This document shows positions 27,996 to 36,309 of a stretch of 48,871 nt of DNA, in pieces. The translations under genes were made by a program, and so were the position numbers. The notes below the pieces were generated by a model. It saw nothing but the letters and a program-made list of their open reading frames with translations, did no database searches and was not told the origin of the DNA. The stretch comes from an uncultured Candidatus Saccharibacteria bacterium (GTDB lineage: Bacteria; Patescibacteriota; Saccharimonadia; CAILAD01; GCA-016700035): assembly GCA_937996675.1 (NCBI GenBank), contig CALKUN010000113.1, positions 1-48,871 on the forward strand, written 5' to 3'. How positions within the stretch are numbered: position 1 is the stretch's first letter; the number at the start of each line of letters is the position of its first letter.

Positions 27996-29383
27996 CACGA
28001 CCAGCTATGCAGAAGCCGCGAATTCTCTTCATGTTTGCCCGTGAGGCGGCAGCTGGATCGACTCGTTTTGATGGTTTTGTGAAGCGCCTCAAGAAGTATG
28101 GTGACTTCTCATTTGCGGACGCTGATGTTGCAGCGATCGAAGATATGGTCTTCCTGATCGATAAGCGCAAGGCCAAAGTCATCGACTGGCGTACGAAGAA
28201 AGACCCAGCCGACTACGACTTTGTGTACTTCAAGAACTGGCAGAGTATGCCCGACCAAGCAGCAGCCCTAGCTGTGTATCTAGAAGCCAAGGGTGTGCCA
28301 TACATCGACTACGCGATCACTCAGCGTCGTGGTAATGCTGGTAAGATTATCACTATGCTCAAGCTTTGGGCGGCACGCATTGCTACGCCGCGTACTGTTT
28401 ACGCATCGCCGAAACGCGTCGCGGACGTAGTGAGTTCCGATCTTGTGCAGTATCCGATGGTGATCAAGGCTGCGAATGGTGAGAAAGGTCAGAATAATTA
28501 TCTTGTAAAGACTGCTGCAGCAGCCCGCAAGGTCATTGCTGAACAGCCCGAGATCGACTGGATCATTCAGGACTTCATTCCAAATGATGGCGATTGGCGT
28601 GTACAAGTCTATGGCGGAGAGCCGGCCATGGTGATCAAGCGCAAGGGGAGTGGCGCGTCGCATCTCAATAATACTTCGGCTGGCGGAACGGCTGAGCTCT
28701 TTGAGCACAAAAAGGTACCCACAGCTGTGCTAGACTTGGCAGTCAAGGCTGCCGAGGTAATGGATCTTGCAGTATCGGGAGTAGACGTCATCGTCGACAA
28801 AGAGACCGGACGCAAGGCTATTCTTGAGGTGAACCAAGGTTCGCAAGTAGTCACTGGCGCGCATATCGAAGAAAACATCCAGGGCTTTGTAAAGTTCCTG
28901 AAGCGCACCACTCGCCGCCGCTACCATCGTAAGTCGACCCACGGCCTGCCGAAGAAAGTCATCGGACGCATCGAGCTGGTAGGGCTTCCCGAGTTTGGCC
29001 TCACCGACATTGCTGCAAAGTCTGACACTGGTGCATATAGTGGTGCATTGCACGCTGAGAACATCCGCCTGATCGAAAAAGGAAACAAGAAAGAACTTCA
29101 TTTTCAAATCCCGCACTTCACCGATGGCCGCACCCACACCACTGAACTCGTCGATTGTGTCAGTCATGACTTTGAAGCAGTTTTTGTAAAAAGCTCCAAT
29201 GGACAACGGCAGAACCGCTATAAGATCAGTACACTAGTACGTATACAAGGGCGCGGCTATCAGGCGCAATTCACCCTTACGAACCGTCAAACCCAGAAGG
29301 TGCCAATGCTGCTCGGCCGCAAGCTGTTGCGCGGCAACTTCCTAGTCAATGTAGAACTATCAAGAGGAGAAACACAATCATGA
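27992..29383 (+). CDS. Fusion of RimK-type ATP-grasp ligase (paralog 2) and a RimB/DUF785-like retropepsin-type aspartic peptidase domain
   Basis: The ATP-grasp blocks DWRVQVYGGEP, HLNNTSAGGTAE, GVDVIVD and ILEVNQGS are present. The C-terminal 150 aa or so carry AKSDTGAYSGALHA (DTG active-site-like) and MLLGRKLLRGNFLVN, as in proteins annotated 'putative ATP-dependent zinc protease' (RimB). ATGA overlap with the upstream gene. Confidence 0.7.
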   Translation: MTRPAMQKPRILFMFAREAAAGSTRFDGFVKRLKKYGDFSFADADVAAIEDMVFLIDKRKAKVIDWRTKKDPADYDFVYFKNWQSMPDQAAALAVYLEAKGVPYIDYAITQRRGNAGKIITMLKLWAARIATPRTVYASPKRVADVVSSDLVQYPMVIKAANGEKGQNNYLVKTAAAARKVIAEQPEIDWIIQDFIPNDGDWRVQVYGGEPAMVIKRKGSGASHLNNTSAGGTAELFEHKKVPTAVLDLAVKAAEVMDLAVSGVDVIVDKETGRKAILEVNQGSQVVTGAHIEENIQGFVKFLKRTTRRRYHRKSTHGLPKKVIGRIELVGLPEFGLTDIAAKSDTGAYSGALHAENIRLIEKGNKKELHFQIPHFTDGRTHTTELVDCVSHDFEAVFVKSSNGQRQNRYKISTLVRIQGRGYQAQFTLTNRQTQKVPMLLGRKLLRGNFLVNVELSRGETQS

Positions 29384-30288
29384 AAATCGCCATTCTATCA
29401 GCCGGACGAAAAAACTACTCTACTCAACGTCTCATGGAGGCGGCGGTTGCGCGTGGTCACGAAGCTATTATCGTCAACTACACCAAGGCATATATGGCGA
29501 TTGAGAGCTCTAACCAGACGGTACACGCTGCCGATCAGGAGATCACTGAAGATGTGCAGGCGGTAATTCCTCGTATTGCAGCCAAGCACACCAACTACGG
29601 TACGGCTGTGTTGCGTCAGTTTGAAATGATGCGTGCCTATACAGCGACCAGCTCACTGGCTCTCGTCCGTAGCCGTGACAAGCTCCGTTCGATGCAGCTT
29701 CTCGCTCGTGCTGGCGTGGGTATTCCCAAGACCGTCTTTGCGAGCCAGACAGCTGATGCTAACGACCTCCTTGAGCTCGTCGGCGGCGCACCGGTAGTTG
29801 TGAAACTCCTCGAAAGTACTCATGGATCAGGCGTCGTGTTGGGTGAGACTAAGAAAACTGCCAAGTCTATTATTGAGGCCTTCAACTCGATCAATGCCAA
29901 GATCATCTTGCAGGAGTTTGTGGAAGAAGCTGACGGCGCTGACATTCGTGTAGTCGTGGTAGGCGATCGCATCGTGGCTTCGATGATGCGTAAGGGCGGT
30001 GAAGGTGAATTCCGTAGTAACACTCATCGTGGCGGACAGGTTCTTCCAGTCCAACTCACCAAGAAGGAGGCAAACATCGCGCTCAAGGCGGCTCGTACGC
30101 TCGGTATTAATATTGCTGGTGTAGATATCATCCGATCAAAGCGTGGCCCATTGATCCTCGAAGTAAACAGCTCACCAAGCCTCAAGGGCGTGGAGCGTCT
30201 CACCGGGCAGGACATCGCTGGCGAGATGATCGACTATGTAGTCGCGCGAGCACAGGGCAAGCGAACGCGCGATAAGATAGGGGCATAA
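29380..30288 (+). CDS. rimK: Ribosomal protein S6--L-glutamate ligase-type ATP-grasp enzyme (RimK)
   Basis: Canonical RimK length and blocks: DIRVVVVGDRIVASM, EFRSNTHRGG, GVDIIRS, ILEVNSSPSL. ATGA overlap with the upstream gene. Confidence 0.85.
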   Translation: MKIAILSAGRKNYSTQRLMEAAVARGHEAIIVNYTKAYMAIESSNQTVHAADQEITEDVQAVIPRIAAKHTNYGTAVLRQFEMMRAYTATSSLALVRSRDKLRSMQLLARAGVGIPKTVFASQTADANDLLELVGGAPVVVKLLESTHGSGVVLGETKKTAKSIIEAFNSINAKIILQEFVEEADGADIRVVVVGDRIVASMMRKGGEGEFRSNTHRGGQVLPVQLTKKEANIALKAARTLGINIAGVDIIRSKRGPLILEVNSSPSLKGVERLTGQDIAGEMIDYVVARAQGKRTRDKIGA

Positions 30289-30337
30289 AGCTTTCTTAGC
30301 TGTTGCTGGCTTACGTTCGTGACGGTGTAGATAATAC

Positions 30338-30366
30338 TTGATTATTACTGATAAAAATAGTATAAT
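30338..30366 (+). promoter_or_regulatory. sigma70-type promoter of GC-rich cassette F
   Basis: TTGATT (30338-30343), a 17-nt spacer, then TATAAT (30361-30366). A strong SD AAGGAAGGAG lies at 30397-30406. Confidence 0.6.
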
Positions 30367-30411
30367 ATCGAACTGCACCACTACATCTCTCTACATAAGG
30401 AAGGAGCTCGC

Positions 30412-31701
30412 ATGAGCTCAACCGCAACCCGTTGGAAGGATCAGTCCTTCGCTATCGCATCCTCAAATGGAGCGGCGCCGATCCATGATTGGTTCGAACA
30501 GACACCCGAGGTGCTGGCACGCTTGCGTGCAGCTCTTCTCGCCGGCAGCCCGTTGAATCCTCAGTACCCCGTACTTCAGGCTCAGGATCTCACCGCCAAG
30601 GTCGCAAGTCTGAGCGGATACACGGCATCCGACCAGCCGCTGGAGAAGTTGTACTCGCAGGTCTTCAGCCAGCGCAGGAGGCTTCTGCAGCTGGCCATCG
30701 CCGCGCAGGCGGGTGACATGGCAGCCTTCAGGGTCGCCACAGAGAACATGGCCCTGCAGCCGGACGTCGGATCGTTTCGACGCATTCTCGGCAATCTCGC
30801 CGAGCGTGCTGGAGACCGACCCAACCGGGCCGCCGAAGAGCTGTTCGGCATGTTCCCGCCGGACTACGGCTTCAAGCCGAGCTTGCCGCGAGCAGCCTTC
30901 GTTCAGAAGCTGCGCGATCCAGTGATGGCACTGGTCGAGTCGCTCGGTCTGCCAACCGTCATCCCTCCCGCCGAGGAGGTGTGGGATGCCAAGCGCATCG
31001 CTGCGACCCTGGAAGCCACGGTTCTGCCACCGGCGTTCGATGATGCGCGCGTCAAGATGCGCGTCGTCATCACCGCCAAGAAGCCACGCCCCGTCGCCAC
31101 GCGGAAGGGCACGATGTACATCCCGGAGAGCCTCATGCTCAACGGGGTGGATGCATATGTGCTGATGGTGCGCCTTCGACTCACCGTCGAGCGCTGGTAC
31201 CGAGGTGAGCTCACCGGCTACTACATCATGCTCAACGGCACCGTTGCCGACCTGACTGCCGGCCCGGCCATCCTCACGGTGGTCGAGCAGGTTCTGAGGA
31301 GCAATGCCAACTTCTACGCCGAGGAAGATGCCTACCTGGCATGCTCGTTGGCGGAGGGGATCGGCTCTGAGCCCAAGTCCATCTACGAAGTGTACGCCGC
31401 CATGGTGGCGTACTACCGCTTCGTGGACACGCAGCTGCCCACGGGTGCCGCCATTCCACGCTCGATCGAAGACCGCGCGTGGTCGATGACCTGGAAGACC
31501 TTCGCCGGAACCGACTGCAAGACCCCCGGGGTCTACGCCGGTTTCGGTACCAGGGCTTTGCGAGCCACGGTCAGCCTCTGGGATGCCCTTATGCGCGAGC
31601 CGCGCATCGTCGAGTGCTTCCACCTGGGTCGATTCGATCCTGGCTTCGCGACCGAAGTGAACCTTCTGGTCGAAGCGGGGGCCATTCCGGCTCTGAGGTA
31701 G
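30412..31701 (+). CDS. GC-rich orphan protein F (429 aa), no family confidently recognised
   Basis: Hand counts of lines 30481 and 30781 gave about 65-68% G+C, with G/C-dominated third positions on the plus frame. The 386-aa antisense shadow ORF (30463..31623) is typical of high-GC coding DNA. A strong SD precedes the start and a terminator follows. Confidence 0.7.
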   Translation: MSSTATRWKDQSFAIASSNGAAPIHDWFEQTPEVLARLRAALLAGSPLNPQYPVLQAQDLTAKVASLSGYTASDQPLEKLYSQVFSQRRRLLQLAIAAQAGDMAAFRVATENMALQPDVGSFRRILGNLAERAGDRPNRAAEELFGMFPPDYGFKPSLPRAAFVQKLRDPVMALVESLGLPTVIPPAEEVWDAKRIAATLEATVLPPAFDDARVKMRVVITAKKPRPVATRKGTMYIPESLMLNGVDAYVLMVRLRLTVERWYRGELTGYYIMLNGTVADLTAGPAILTVVEQVLRSNANFYAEEDAYLACSLAEGIGSEPKSIYEVYAAMVAYYRFVDTQLPTGAAIPRSIEDRAWSMTWKTFAGTDCKTPGVYAGFGTRALRATVSLWDALMREPRIVECFHLGRFDPGFATEVNLLVEAGAIPALR

Positions 31702-31716
31702 GAGGATTTAGTACCC

Positions 31717-31759
31717 GCGACTGTTGCTATGACGTACGTCATAGCAACAGTCGCTTTTT
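31717..31759. terminator. Strong hairpin terminator after cassette F, shared with the convergent trpC-like gene
   Basis: Perfect 17-bp stem GCGACTGTTGCTATGAC / GTCATAGCAACAGTCGC with loop GTAC, followed by TTTTT. Confidence 0.85.
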
Positions 31760-32298
31760 CATGCGTGCCGGCTGGCTACAAATTGTTCAAGGTGAGTGCC
31801 GACGAGTATGGCATCGGCAGCTGGATCGACATCGTTCATTGTCATGATGTTGCTGGCTTGGCAAAGCCATCCTCTGAAAGCTTTGCGGGCCTCCGCGAAT
31901 GTTTCTGATTTGAGCCCGCCAGTAGCAAGGTCGCGGCTGTTCCAGACAGCACGACATTGCCCGGGCAGTCTGGTGAGTTCAGCGATGGTGTAGGGTTCAA
32001 TGAGGCACTTATCTAGATGGATAGCAGGTATTCGTCCGACAACGAGCACATGGTCGGCGCCTGCCACGAGAGCTTGTTTGATGTCATCATCGCTCGCATG
32101 GATTCCTTTTGCGAGGATTGGCTTAGTGGTGAGGCTACGGGCTTTCCGCACCAGGTCAAAAGATCCATGCCAGCGTGGATCGGTATGGATTGAGATAATA
32201 TCACCGACCTCGTTCGCCATTGCGAAGAGTTCGCTCCAGCTCTTGTCGGACTGCCATCCAAAAGGGGAGTGAGTTTTTACCTCGGCGATGACCTGCAT
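31759..32298 (-). CDS. Short indole-3-glycerol-phosphate synthase (TrpC)-like TIM-barrel protein
   Basis: IAEVKTHSP.G, ISIHTD...GSF, PILAKG, GADHVLV, NSRDL and LVG blocks occur in IGPS order. It is only 179 aa, and no other trp genes are in the window. Confidence 0.55.
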   Translation of the reverse strand: MQVIAEVKTHSPFGWQSDKSWSELFAMANEVGDIISIHTDPRWHGSFDLVRKARSLTTKPILAKGIHASDDDIKQALVAGADHVLVVGRIPAIHLDKCLIEPYTIAELTRLPGQCRAVWNSRDLATGGLKSETFAEARKAFRGWLCQASNIMTMNDVDPAADAILVGTHLEQFVASRHA

Positions 32299-32300
32299 AG

Positions 32301-32639
32301 CTAGCCTTTGAGTATCTGGGCTTGGCGAAGCGTAACGATCTCTCTGATGACAGTCTCTGGAAGCGGCTTGTTTTCGGTAAACTGCAGTGTGCCATGGCCA
32401 GAGAGGGTGAAGCCTTCGAGCTTGTCGGCGATCTCGTCCACGTTACCAAAGATGCTCATGTGGTTCTTAAAGGCTGCAAACATGAAGAGCTGTTTACCAT
32501 TTAGCTTGAAGGTTGGCATATCGTAGCTGATAGTTTCTTCAGCCTCGGGCACGGCTTCGTGCACGATTTTGCGAATGCGTTCCATTTCAGTACGCTGTGA
32601 TGGTGTGACTTTGGCGAGGTATTCATCGATGGTTTTCAT
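32301..32639 (-). CDS. DUF1801 (YdhG-like) domain protein
   Basis: MKTIDEYL...QR..MERIRKIV...PEAEETISYDMPTFK pattern, typical of DUF1801. Confidence 0.7.
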   Translation of the reverse strand: MKTIDEYLAKVTPSQRTEMERIRKIVHEAVPEAEETISYDMPTFKLNGKQLFMFAAFKNHMSIFGNVDEIADKLEGFTLSGHGTLQFTENKPLPETVIREIVTLRQAQILKG

Positions 32640-32707
32640 GAGGTTATATTAACAGATGTAAATATTTCCATACGAATGCCCTGGAGATAGAAGAACGGCG
32701 GCCTTAT

Positions 32708-33250
32708 CTACTTAATAAGACCGCCGCCGTTGCGAGTTGTTGAGACAAAGTCACGAATATGTGTTGCCAGCTCGTTGACTCGCTCTCGTTTCATTTTTAT
32801 GAGCAAGAATATGACAGCGACACACTCTACGATGATGAATCCGACTAGTAGCGGAGATAGGTGTTGAATGACACCGACAAAAACGACTATCTGGCAGGTT
32901 GGTCGGTACCATTTGAGCCAAACCTTACCGGTCATCAGTGTTACGTAGTCTTGTAGCCATATAGGCACTAGCAAGCCGAGGGTTGCCCAGAGGTACATGT
33001 TGCTTGTGGTGAGGATGCCAAATACAGCACCTGCAAGCAGGATTCGATCAGACTGAGTATCAAATACTGAGCCGTATGTGGTCGAGACTGACCAAAGCCG
33101 CGCTAGGAAGCCATCTATTAAATCCGTGATCACTCCAATGAGGAGGAGCTGAGCAGCGAACATCCAGTGTTCGTTGCTGAGAAGAAACACTACTGCTGGC
33201 ACAGCCATGAGACGATAGGCTGTGAGTAGACTTACGAGGAACAGCTTCAC
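32708..33250 (-). CDS. CDP-alcohol phosphatidyltransferase family protein (PgsA-like)
   Basis: DLIDGFLAR-x8-G-x3-D-x3-D signature in a 6-TM protein. Confidence 0.85.
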   Translation of the reverse strand: MKLFLVSLLTAYRLMAVPAVVFLLSNEHWMFAAQLLLIGVITDLIDGFLARLWSVSTTYGSVFDTQSDRILLAGAVFGILTTSNMYLWATLGLLVPIWLQDYVTLMTGKVWLKWYRPTCQIVVFVGVIQHLSPLLVGFIIVECVAVIFLLIKMKRERVNELATHIRDFVSTTRNGGGLIK

Positions 33251-33305
33251 AAATTAACCACCTCTCAGGTCGTGGATGGAATATTCTTAGTATAGAAGTT
33301 GTGAG

Positions 33306-33335
33306 ATAAAAAACAAACGACTCCCGAAAGAGTCG
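33306..33335 (-). terminator. Intrinsic terminator downstream of tRNA-Lys
   Basis: On the minus strand CGACTC-TTTCGG-GAGTCG followed by TTTGTTTTTT. Confidence 0.7.
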
Positions 33336-33345
33336 ATTTTAATAT

Positions 33346-33422
33346 TGGAGGGCCTACTGGGATTCGAACCCAGGACGCACAGCTTAAAAGGCTGTCGCTC
33401 TAACCAACTGAGCTATAGGCCC
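33346..33422 (-). tRNA. tRNA-Lys (anticodon TTT)
   Basis: The reverse complement is GGGCCTATAGCTCAGTTGGTTAGAGCGACAGCCTTTTAAGCTGTGCGTCCTGGGTTCGAATCCCAGTAGGCCCTCCA. All four arms pair, the anticodon loop is CTTTTAA, and CCA is encoded. Confidence 0.93.
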
Positions 33423-33572
33423 GCGTCGTAAGATTTACGACGCGATAAGAACTTTTGCAAATGAAATTCAAACGCGTCTGCATGACCTATTTAACCTGAT
33501 AGCAGCCCTCAAGTCAATCTGGAGATCGGGCTCATGCTTGGATGAGAATGTGTGCGGGCGTAGCATGGCGCT

Positions 33573-34979
33573 ATGAGGCGGTTTACGCAGATCTTCGCAG
33601 CTATGGGCGCCTGGCTCGCGGGACTCGTCATCGCCAGTCAGTGGATATTAGCGCTTAATCTTCTCGCCATGTCGCTACTGGTAGCTCTCGCGCTCACTGC
33701 TCTTTGGATCGTGCGGTCCAAGCTCGGCTATATCCTGGTATTCGTCGCCTTTGTGTCACTCGGCATGGTCAGGGGGCAGCTCTACTTTGCACAACAGGAG
33801 CGTTGGTCGGTGGAGAATCTGCTAGGCGAGAAGGTAGAGCTTGTCGGGCGAGTGACTGGTGAGCCGAGCTGGAATGCTGATCGACTTCATGAATTCTATA
33901 TCGACGGCATTACTCTGAACGGACGCCCGGTACCAGGCATGATGAAGATCAAGAGTCTGGTCGGGAGCTCGCAGGAGGGCCAGGTTGTGCGGGTCGTAGG
34001 CAAGGTAGGCCATGCACTTGGTCGGGCGCCAACGCAAATATGGTATGCCAAGGTCGAGACGATAGACCGGAATATTCCGTATCCGATTCGATTGAAGAAC
34101 CTGCTCGGACATGGACTGGCGGTGGCGCTTCCGCGCGAGGAGGCAGGCTTTGTGCGAGGGCTGCTCTTCGGCACGAGTGCAGCCGTGTCGACACAACTAG
34201 AGGCAAACTTACGCGCTGTTGGGCTCACGCATATCATTGCGGTGTCTGGCTACAACCTCACGATCATCGTGGCGGCGTTGACTGTTTTTTCACGACGGAG
34301 GAGCAGCAACTCATTGCTACTAGCTCTGGCGGGTATTAGTTTCTTCATTATTATGACGGGTGCACCTGCCTCCATTGTGCGGGCTGGAGTGATGGCCGGA
34401 ATATTCTTGCTGGTGAGCTACTATCGTCGCGAGCTTGATCCTCGTATCGCACTTGCTGCTACTGTTGTTGCGATGAGCGCCTGGAATCCAACGTATCTTT
34501 ATGCAGATATTGGGTGGCAGTTGTCTGTCTTAGCGCTGGCTGGTGTGTTGTGGCTGGCGCCTGGCTTCCGGCCAAAAGCCATCACTCGACACAAGACATT
34601 TTGGGAGGTCTTCTCGACCGCTATTGGTGCCTACATCGCGACCGCACCTATCCTGGCGTACTATTTTGGGACTGTGTCTTTTGTCGCACCACTCGCCAAC
34701 ATATTTATCCTGCCTGTTGTGCCGGTGATTATGTTGTTGGGATTTGTGGCAGCGCTGGTCGGCGTATTAGTACCGAGCGCAGCCTTTGTGTTCATGCAGC
34801 CGGTCGCATGGGTGGTTTCATTAGTCGTGCGGATGATAACGGCATTTGCGCATGTGCCACATGCCAGCGAACATTTTGTTCTGGATGCCAGCGTAGTGCT
34901 CACGACATACATCGGTCTGCTCGTGATTGCATTCGTAATGATGCGTCGGGGTTCAAAATTGATAGCAAAAAGGCTATAA
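33573..34979 (+). CDS. comEC: ComEC/Rec2 DNA internalisation channel protein (no C-terminal metallo-beta-lactamase domain)
   Basis: An N-terminal OB/DUF4131-like region is followed by a polytopic competence domain with GLTHIIAVSGYNLTII. The 468 aa end straight after the membrane domain. Confidence 0.85.
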   Translation: MRRFTQIFAAMGAWLAGLVIASQWILALNLLAMSLLVALALTALWIVRSKLGYILVFVAFVSLGMVRGQLYFAQQERWSVENLLGEKVELVGRVTGEPSWNADRLHEFYIDGITLNGRPVPGMMKIKSLVGSSQEGQVVRVVGKVGHALGRAPTQIWYAKVETIDRNIPYPIRLKNLLGHGLAVALPREEAGFVRGLLFGTSAAVSTQLEANLRAVGLTHIIAVSGYNLTIIVAALTVFSRRRSSNSLLLALAGISFFIIMTGAPASIVRAGVMAGIFLLVSYYRRELDPRIALAATVVAMSAWNPTYLYADIGWQLSVLALAGVLWLAPGFRPKAITRHKTFWEVFSTAIGAYIATAPILAYYFGTVSFVAPLANIFILPVVPVIMLLGFVAALVGVLVPSAAFVFMQPVAWVVSLVVRMITAFAHVPHASEHFVLDASVVLTTYIGLLVIAFVMMRRGSKLIAKRL

Positions 34980-34987
34980 TTCCAGAT

Positions 34988-35722
34988 ATGAGTGGTCACA
35001 GTAAATGGGCAAGCATCAAGCACAAAAAAGGTGCTCTAGATGCTAAGCGCGGTAAGATCTTTACCAAGCTTGGCAACGAGATCGCTATCGCGGCACGCGA
35101 TGGTGCGGATCCGGATGCAAACTTTCGCCTTCGTCTAGCTATCCAAAAAGCCAAGCAGTCTAATATGCCAGCGGCCAACATCGATCGATCGATTGCTCGT
35201 GGTGCTGGCACGGCCGGTGGTGCCGCATTGGACGAGCTCACCTACGAGGGCTACGGTCCGGCTGGTGTAGCTGTCATGGTGCAGGCGCTGACGGACAACC
35301 GCAACCGCACGGCTTCTGATGTGAAGCTGGCATTTTCTAAGCATGGCGGTACCTTGGGTAGTCAGGGCAGTGTGGCCTATCTCTTTGAAACAAAAGGCGT
35401 ATTGGTCTGCACGACAGATGCCGATGCCGATGAAGTGACACTGGCAGCCATTGAGGCCGGCGCACTCGACATAGATGATAGCGGGGAGCAGGTGATTATT
35501 TATACTAAGCCTAGCGAGCTCGAAGCTATTCGCATGGCTGTTGGTGAGAACAATGTTGAGAGCTCGGACGTTGAGCAAATAGCTAGCCAGACCATCGCAG
35601 TGGAAGACGCGGGCAAAGCCGGCACACTGATGCGTATGATTGACGCCCTCGAAGATCTTGATGATGTCGCGACAGTGACAGCCAACTACGACATCGCTGA
35701 GTCGATTCTCGAAAGTCTCTAA
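34988..35722 (+). CDS. yebC: YebC/PmpR family DNA-binding regulator
   Basis: MSGHSKWASIKHKKG...KRGKIFTKL N-terminus. The start is set at ATG 34988; the track ORF extension from 34514 overlaps comEC and is discarded. Confidence 0.93.
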   Translation: MSGHSKWASIKHKKGALDAKRGKIFTKLGNEIAIAARDGADPDANFRLRLAIQKAKQSNMPAANIDRSIARGAGTAGGAALDELTYEGYGPAGVAVMVQALTDNRNRTASDVKLAFSKHGGTLGSQGSVAYLFETKGVLVCTTDADADEVTLAAIEAGALDIDDSGEQVIIYTKPSELEAIRMAVGENNVESSDVEQIASQTIAVEDAGKAGTLMRMIDALEDLDDVATVTANYDIAESILESL

Positions 35723-36309
35723 TGAACATACAGGATTGGTACGGTCTCATTGCGGGTGTGCTCTCGGCCTCGTGCTACGTTCCGTATATCCGTGACATTT
35801 TGTCGGGTACGACTCGTCCGGAGCGCGCCACTTGGCTCATATGGACAATTCTCGGTCTCATTTTGCTCGCATCTCAATTGGCTAAGGGCGCGAGTGCGTC
35901 GGTGTGGCTGACGGTTGCACAGACAGCCGGTGTGACAACGATCTTTTTGTTGTCCCTCAAGTACGGTGAGGGCGGCTTGGCCCGTTCGGATATCGTTGCA
36001 CTGGGAGTTGCGGCGGCTGGTCTGGTGGCCTGGTACTTTACGCGCGAAGCCTCTGTCGCTCTCTATATCGCTATTGGAGTAGACTTTTCTGGAGGGATAT
36101 TGAGTGTCGTGAAGGCTTACCGTGACCCGGAGAGCGAGACCGCCCTGACTTGGCTCATCGCGGCTTTTGCTGGAGGTTTTGGAGTACTTGCCGTGGGCCT
36201 CGATGGCTCAATTGCATTGCTGGCATTTCCGACATATTACGTCATCATTAGTCTCATGCTGTATGGTGCAATACAACTTGGGCATCGCAAAGTTGTATCA
36301 CGCGCATGA
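35722..36309 (+). CDS. Hypothetical polytopic membrane protein
   Basis: 195 aa with about 6 TM helices. TAATG overlap with yebC and a 4-nt overlap with ruvC. Confidence 0.6.
   Translation: MNIQDWYGLIAGVLSASCYVPYIRDILSGTTRPERATWLIWTILGLILLASQLAKGASASVWLTVAQTAGVTTIFLLSLKYGEGGLARSDIVALGVAAAGLVAWYFTREASVALYIAIGVDFSGGILSVVKAYRDPESETALTWLIAAFAGGFGVLAVGLDGSIALLAFPTYYVIISLMLYGAIQLGHRKVVSRA

Noticed and set aside
30463-31623. 386-aa minus-strand ORF antisense to cassette F
   Set aside because: It is a shadow ORF typical of high-GC coding DNA. The plus frame has the SD, the promoter, the terminator and the G/C-rich third positions. The minus frame has no start context and a Gly/Arg/Pro-rich low-complexity product.
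34514-34987. N-terminal 158-aa extension of the yebC ORF overlapping comEC
   Set aside because: The extension is Cys/Arg-rich nonsense lying out of frame inside the conserved comEC gene. The canonical YebC N-terminus MSGHSKWASIKH begins at 34988.
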